Source of the DNA: Terriglobia bacterium
GTDB taxonomy: Bacteria; Acidobacteriota; Polarisedimenticolia; Polarisedimenticolales; JAIQFR01
Assembly (NCBI GenBank): GCA_963748015.1
Contig: CAVVHE010000008.1
Location: 704,001 to 768,000 of the forward strand
Length of the DNA: 64,000 nt
Direction of reading: 5' to 3'
In this document: in pieces, positions 62,201-64,000 of the stretch
Layout: every line of letters starts with the position of its first letter
Numbering within the stretch: the first letter of the stretch is position 1
Position numbers and translations under genes: made by a program
The notes under the pieces: model-generated
The model's database searches: none
Told to the model about the DNA's origin: nothing
What the model saw: only the letters and a program-made list of their open reading frames with translations

Positions 62201-63046
62201 ATGGAAATCGTGCGGCGCGTCCATGCGATGAAGGAGATGTCGCGGCAGGCGCGCTCGAAAGCGCGACGGATCGGGTTCGTGCCGACGATGGGATACCTCC
62301 ACGACGGGCACCTGAGCCTGATCCGGCGGGTCAAGGAGATGTCCGATCTCGTCGTGGTGTCCATCTTCGTCAACCCGACCCAGTTCGGACCAGGAGAGGA
62401 CTACGCCCACTACCCGAGGGACCTCGCCCGCGACGCCGACCGGTGCGTCGCGGAAGGTGTCGACATCGTGTTCGCGCCGGAGGCCGACGAGGTCTATCCC
62501 GCCGATGCCTGCACCTGGGTGGACGTCGAGGGGCTCTCCGCGAGGCTCGAGGGCGCGAGCCGGCCCGGTCACTTCCGCGGCGTGGCCACCGTGGTGCTCA
62601 AGCTCTTCAACGTCGTACAGCCCCACGTGGTGGCCTTCGGCCAGAAGGACGCGCAGCAGGCGGTCATCGTGCAGCGCATGACCCGCGATCTCCTCCTCGA
62701 CACGGAGATCCTCGTGCTCCCGACCGTCCGCGACGAGGATGGCGTGGCGCTGTCGAGCCGGAACGTCCGCCTGTCGCCGGACGAGCGCCGCGCCGCGCAG
62801 GCGATTCCCCGCGCACTCAAGGCGGCGGAGGTCGCGATCGAGAGCGGCGAGCGGGACCCGGCGAAGGTCGTCGAGACCGCGCGGCGCCTCCTCGAGGCCG
62901 AGCAGGTCCTGAGGGTGGACTACGTCGAGCTGGTGGACACGGCGAAGCTCCAGCCGGTTGCGGCGCTCGAGGGGGAGATGCTCCTCGCGGTCGCCGTCTA
63001 CGCCGGGAAAACCCGCCTCATCGACAACATCGTCGTGACGCCTTGA
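62201..63046 (+). CDS. panC: Pantoate-beta-alanine ligase
   Basis: FVPTMGYLHDGH, SIFVNPTQF, RPGHFRGV, FGQKD, LSSRN, TRLIDN. Confidence 0.97.
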   Translation: MEIVRRVHAMKEMSRQARSKARRIGFVPTMGYLHDGHLSLIRRVKEMSDLVVVSIFVNPTQFGPGEDYAHYPRDLARDADRCVAEGVDIVFAPEADEVYPADACTWVDVEGLSARLEGASRPGHFRGVATVVLKLFNVVQPHVVAFGQKDAQQAVIVQRMTRDLLLDTEILVLPTVRDEDGVALSSRNVRLSPDERRAAQAIPRALKAAEVAIESGERDPAKVVETARRLLEAEQVLRVDYVELVDTAKLQPVAALEGEMLLAVAVYAGKTRLIDNIVVTP

Positions 63047-63059
63047 CAGGGGGAGCGCC

Positions 63060-64000
63060 GTGACCCGTTGCCCCTCGTGCTCCGCGGAAAATCCCGCCGA
63101 CGGCAACTTCTGCTCCGTCTGCGGCGCGCCGCTGCGAGAGACCTCCTCGACGCCGACCGTCACGTCCATCGGGACGGGTGAGAGCGGGCCGTCGCTTCCG
63201 GGGACCCCTCCCGCGCACCGCTCTCCGACGCTCGCAGGGCGCCTGGCGTCGGGCGAGGCGATGGAGTCGGCCCGCTTCCTTCCCGGTGTCGTGCTGGCAG
63301 GCCGCTACCGGGTGATCGGCCTCATCGGCCGCGGCGGGATGGGGGAGATCTACCGGGCCGACGACCTGAAACTGGGCCAGCCCGTCGCGCTCAAGTTCCT
63401 CCCCGAGGCCTTGGCGCACGACCCGTCCTGGCTCTCGCGCTTCCACGCCGAGGTCCGGATCGCGCGGCAGGTCTCGCACCCGAACGTCTGCCGCGTGTAC
63501 GACATCGGCGAGGTGGGTCCGCAGGCAGGCTCAGGACAGGGCCAGCACTACTTCACGATGGAGTACGTGGACGGCGAAGACCTCGCCTCGCTGCTCCGCC
63601 GCATCGGGAGGCTCCCGCGCGACAAGGCGCTCGAGATCGCGCGCCAGCTCTGCGCCGGGCTCGCCGCGGCGCACGAGCGCGGCGTTCTTCATCGCGATCT
63701 GAAGCCGGCCAACGTCATGATCGACGGGCGGGGCAGGGCCCGCCTGGCGGATTTCGGGATCGCCGGGCTCGCGGCGTCGGGCGAGGGCCCGGCGAAACGG
63801 GCGGGGACGCCGGCCTACATGGCGCCGGAGCAACTGGCGGGCGGCGAGGCGACGGTCCGGAGCGACCTCTACGCGCTCGGGCTCGTGCTCTACGAGACGT
63901 TCACGGGCAAGCCGGCGTTCGAGGCCGATACCCTCGCGGACCTCAAGCGCCTCCAGCAGTCCACGATCCCCGAGAGCCCGTCGCAGCTCCACGAGGAGAT
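63060..64000 (+). CDS. Ser/Thr protein kinase with N-terminal zinc ribbon (runs off the window)
   Basis: GTG start MTRCPSCS..FCSVCG; GRGGMGEIY, VALKFL, HRDLKPAN, DFG, GTPAYMAPE. Confidence 0.92.
   Translation, partial: MTRCPSCSAENPADGNFCSVCGAPLRETSSTPTVTSIGTGESGPSLPGTPPAHRSPTLAGRLASGEAMESARFLPGVVLAGRYRVIGLIGRGGMGEIYRADDLKLGQPVALKFLPEALAHDPSWLSRFHAEVRIARQVSHPNVCRVYDIGEVGPQAGSGQGQHYFTMEYVDGEDLASLLRRIGRLPRDKALEIARQLCAGLAAAHERGVLHRDLKPANVMIDGRGRARLADFGIAGLAASGEGPAKRAGTPAYMAPEQLAGGEATVRSDLYALGLVLYETFTGKPAFEADTLADLKRLQQSTIPESPSQLHEE

Overview
Very GC-rich bacterial DNA; gene repertoire and style suggest an Acidobacteriota-like diderm (inference, not verified). 1-34.2 kb and 51-64 kb are mostly intact chromosomal genes: cinA, an ABC-2 exporter, an ATL protein, a Tat-exported amidase, a porin/SBP/permease metal-uptake trio, nikR plus a Ni/Co ECF transporter, a GntR(YtrA)-DUF5808-hydrolase operon, an XRE-TPR regulator with a coupled secreted ORF, an acyl-CoA ligase, a MauG-type diheme enzyme plus a Cyc2-like cytochrome-porin, a cfa-like/SCP2/geranylgeranyl-reductase-like operon, an alginate-export-type porin, tRNA(CAT), hemB/hemL, efp, uvrD/pcrA, glmS, glmU, folK, a dNK, panB, panC and a partial Ser/Thr kinase. 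Between 34.4 and 51.0 kb lies a decayed accessory island (TPR, FG-GAP and GIY-YIG remnants, ECF sigma plus kinase-WD40, a 14-repeat Kelch protein, three lipoproteins, an IS remnant). Its left edge is a deletion-collapsed duplicate of the efp 3' end and the TMTC-like gene end found at its right edge. Two diverged intergenic copies of a ~162-nt multi-stem element (7828-7989 +, 55643-55805 -) show extensive compensatory base changes. Frameshifts near both window ends (even in panB) suggest some indels are sequencing errors. All calls are by eye from motifs; no searches were run.
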